Shown in pieces: positions 60,876-64,000 of a stretch of DNA of 64,000 bases. The position numbers and the translations under genes are program-made. Source of the stretch: Eledone cirrhosa (taxonomy: Eukaryota). Location of the stretch: assembly GCA_964016885.1 (NCBI GenBank), contig OZ024741.1:143716001-143780000 (forward strand), written 5' to 3'. Below the pieces are notes generated by a model. That model worked only from the letters and a program-made list of their open reading frames with translations. It had not been told where the DNA came from and searched no databases. The first letter of the stretch is position 1; every line of letters begins with the position of its first letter.

Positions 60876-62638
60876 GTTGTTAGTTTTATAGGGTTCTGAC
60901 CGGAAGTTACAGAAAGGGTTCTACTTCCCGTCTAGATGTTGTTAATCTACTGGGGTTGTGAGTCACAACAAGGGAGGCAACTGATACATAACCTCCCTGC
61001 AGAATTTTAGAATATAAAAATCGAATGAAATATGTAGCAAGTTGGCGAGAATGTTGTAACAGGCATGAAAATTACGACAAAAGAATGTTTGCAAAAATCA
61101 ATGATAGATGTCAAGGTATCCAACCGCTCTTGGCCAGAGAACGACTGGACATCTATCTATCCATCACCCAAAGATACAATGTAATAAAGTAAGAGAAGAG
61201 CTCAAAGTTCAAATGTACGAAATATAGTTCACAGGTGTGCAATCACATGACAGCAGGAAAGAAAGTGTGTTCCAGAGAATGAATGCAGGTGGTTTCTGTT
61301 CTGTGGTATATCGTGAAATTTCCAACCTCCGAATGGATTTTCTCACAGGAAGAGTGCTGCAAAAATAAATTCTCTGGCTTGTTCTGCTGGTTTTGGTTGT
61401 TGGTGAAGCTGTGTTGCTGTTGATGTTGTTGTCTCGCGGAGTGAGCGTATTCGGTGTTTAAATTCACAGTAAAAAAAAAATTTTTTTTCGGAAAAAATGA
61501 GTTGCGCAAAGTGCTAGAAATAACAGCCGAAGTTGATGGTCGATGTTGAGAATGCGTTGACCTGGAAGGGTCAAGAGGCCAGCGACCAAAGAAATAAGCA
61601 TTCTGAATAAATGCGCAGTTTTCAACGGCAAATTTACGTGGTAAATTTTTAAACCGGCAAATAGGAGAATATAGCTTAAGGCTGAAGAATCCTTGGCGAG
61701 AAACGTTATCACTGGCGTGCGGCTATCTCTGTGAGTCGAGAATATGTGCTGCCTACACGTGCCAATACAAGGTTAAGTTAGGTTTAAAAAATATTTCTAC
61801 CGCGCGAGAAAATGATAGTGCAAGTGTGAAAGTGACAATGATGAAAAAGAAAGGCTTCACTTAGCATAATTATTGGTGTGAACTTTGGAAAAAAAACAAA
61901 ACTTGAACGATGAAGAAAACGATGAAAAAAAAAAGGCAATGGTTCATCGAAAATAAATGTTCCTGTTTCTAAAAAAAAAAAAAAAATATCAAATTTCTTT
62001 TTTTGTTTTTTGTTTTTTGTTTTGAAAGTGTTCGTTGTAAGAAACGAGAAACATATATATATATATCGTGAAATGCGACAGTTAGTTGATGCGTGAGAGA
62101 AAAAGTCTGTCTGCACGAAAGTTTCACATGTGCGTGGTGTGTTCGTTTCTTTGACTGAGTATTTTCATAGTTTGTCAATAAATTTGCTGTGTATTCGTAA
62201 TGTTACTCACACAACACCAGATTCTGCTATTTTTTTCTTTTTTCGGAGTGACCACTTATAACAATGAACGGCTGCGTGTTCGTATCACGTCAGGGTTACC
62301 AATGTAGCGGAGAACTAGTGTGTATCAAATGTACAGGGAGACATGGTTTGTGTGTATAATATTTAATCAACAATTTAACAGTATAGTTGACATGTCAATG
62401 AATAAACGAAAGAATGAAGCAAAGTTAGTAGTTACCGTTTTGATTGCCAGGCAAACGCAGGCTGGCAGAAGACGCCTGGCGAAGGCCAGGCGCCGGAAGG
62501 GCAAATGAGAGAGTGAGAACTTAAAGTTGTTAGTTTTATAGGGTTCTGACCGGAAGTTACAGAAAGGGTTCTACTTCCCGTCTAGATGTTGTTAATCTAT
62601 TGGGGTTGTGAGTCACAACAAGGGAGGCAACTGCTACA
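60876..62638 (-). mobile_element. Non-autonomous LTR retrotransposon with tRNA-Trp PBS
   Basis: 5' LTR 62303-62638 (TGTAGC...GCTACA); PBS TGGTAACCCTGACGTGAT 62284-62301; purine tract gcagggagg before the truncated 3' LTR 60876-60988; 113-bp LTR overlap with 2 mismatches. Confidence 0.88.
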
Positions 62639-63492
62639 AACACTTTACCAAATAATTGTTTCTTCTTTTGGCACAAGACCAGCAATTACCCAGTGCATTA
62701 CTGGTACTTTATTTTATCGACCCCGTAAGAATGAAAGGCAAAGTTAACCTCGGCGGGATTTGAACTCAGAATTGCAAGGGCCGTAACTCTATGCGTCAAA
62801 GCATGGTGTCCGCAAATAACGAAATAAAAAAAAACCCATACGATATTTACTACACACAGACACATGTAGTGAATATCGTATATAATAATTTCTACTATAG
62901 GCACAAGGCCAGCAATTTGAAGGCGAGGGAAGTGTCGATTAAATCGACTCCAGTGCATTACTAGTGCTTTATTTTACCGATCCCGTAAGGATGAAAGGCA
63001 AAGTTAACCACAGCGTGATTTGAACTCAGAAGTAAAGGGCCGTAACTCTATGCTGCTAGCATGTCTGACGCTCTACCGATTCTGCTAGAAATCAATGCAT
63101 CATTTCATTGATTAATTGGTTAAATATATTTCAGTCGTATCGTGTAATAGATATTACCAGCTGTTGTGCAATCGTTCAACAGAGGATGTTGAATTTTCGT
63201 TCCGATTTGTACATATTTTTGAGATATGTATTAATATATTCAAATTGAAATTGAAAACGAAATGTAGTAATGGTTAATTGCTTAGAAGTGATATACAATG
63301 AAACTCCGTAAATCTAGTTGTTTTTTTAAAATAATTTTTATTTGAAACTCATGTCATGTTAATTTTTAATGATCAGCAAGAGTTGGAAGAGCTTGTGAAG
63401 GTTTGGTCAAATTCAGAATGAATGGTGTAACGCAAACGGAGATGAGTAATATTGGTGTAGCAGATAATTAGAATTGGGAGTTAGTATGTCTT

Positions 63493-63828
63493 TTGGGAAG
63501 AACACATGGAATGGTATAACCCATTTGTAAAAAAGATTTATATTTTTTTTAAATTGAAGAAAAGAAATAATTTATTTCAAAAGCTCATCTCTCCCTCACA
63601 CCACTGCCACCAACAACATTAGGTGATATTTGCCCTACTGACAAATGGCAAGAGAGTCGTAGGTCATGTGAGAAGAACATGTGGAATGGTAAAATATATT
63701 TGTAAAAAAAAGACTTATATAAAAACATAGAAGAAAAGAAATAAAGCGATGAAAAACATCTCCTCCCTCCCACTGTTACCAAGAAAACTTAGTGATATAT
63801 GACTATTCTATTGACAAGTGATAAGAAG
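63493..63828. repeat. Diverged tandem duplication, ~175-bp unit x2
   Basis: gaagaaca..tggaatggta...tttgtaaaaaa...gaagaaaagaaataa...catct..ccctc..cactg at about 63493 and about 63668. Confidence 0.7.
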
Positions 63829-64000
63829 GGCATATACCCCATTGACATGAGTAGTGTGGTTATGCATCAAGTTTACCACCAATTTATAGAGAATATCTGC
63901 TTGATATCAACTTTGAGATCAATTAACTTATCTTCAATTTCATTGCACATTTCAACTGGTAAAGAGAGAAACACTCTACATTTGCTTTCATCAACCATTT

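Noticed and set aside
60484-60891. Asp-rich and Met-rich ORFs (also His-rich ORFs at 33184-33513, 760-1207, 4653-4955)
   Set aside because: Products of (GAT)n/(CAT)n repeats

Overview
AT-rich, repeat-dense animal genomic DNA. The repeat repertoire (RTE LINEs with (GAT)n tails, tRNA-headed CORE-type and Meta-type SINEs, many microsatellites) suggests a coleoid cephalopod or octopod; this is inference, not a database match. One complete host gene is present: a 13-exon PSMC5/Rpt6 (26S proteasome AAA-ATPase) on the + strand, CDS 18167..54641, 1224 nt / 407 aa, all introns GT-AG. Its ATPase motifs are intact, but it has substitutions at normally conserved residues, including Cys at the position of the regulatory phosphosite Ser120. 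The rest is transposon-derived: many RTE copies, a young CR1-type LINE, CRE-like restriction-endonuclease retrotransposon fragments, L1/Tx1 fragments, Penelope-like RT and endonuclease fragments, a non-autonomous tRNA-Trp-primed LTR element, a Gypsy RNase H relic, a deleted mariner, hAT/piggyBac/pogo-like MITEs and a non-autonomous Helitron. The most striking unexplained structure is a set of long foldback palindromes carrying type I hammerhead-ribozyme folds, some with compensatory base changes between copies, several lying in PSMC5 introns. Most ORFs in the supplied track are spurious or TE fragments.
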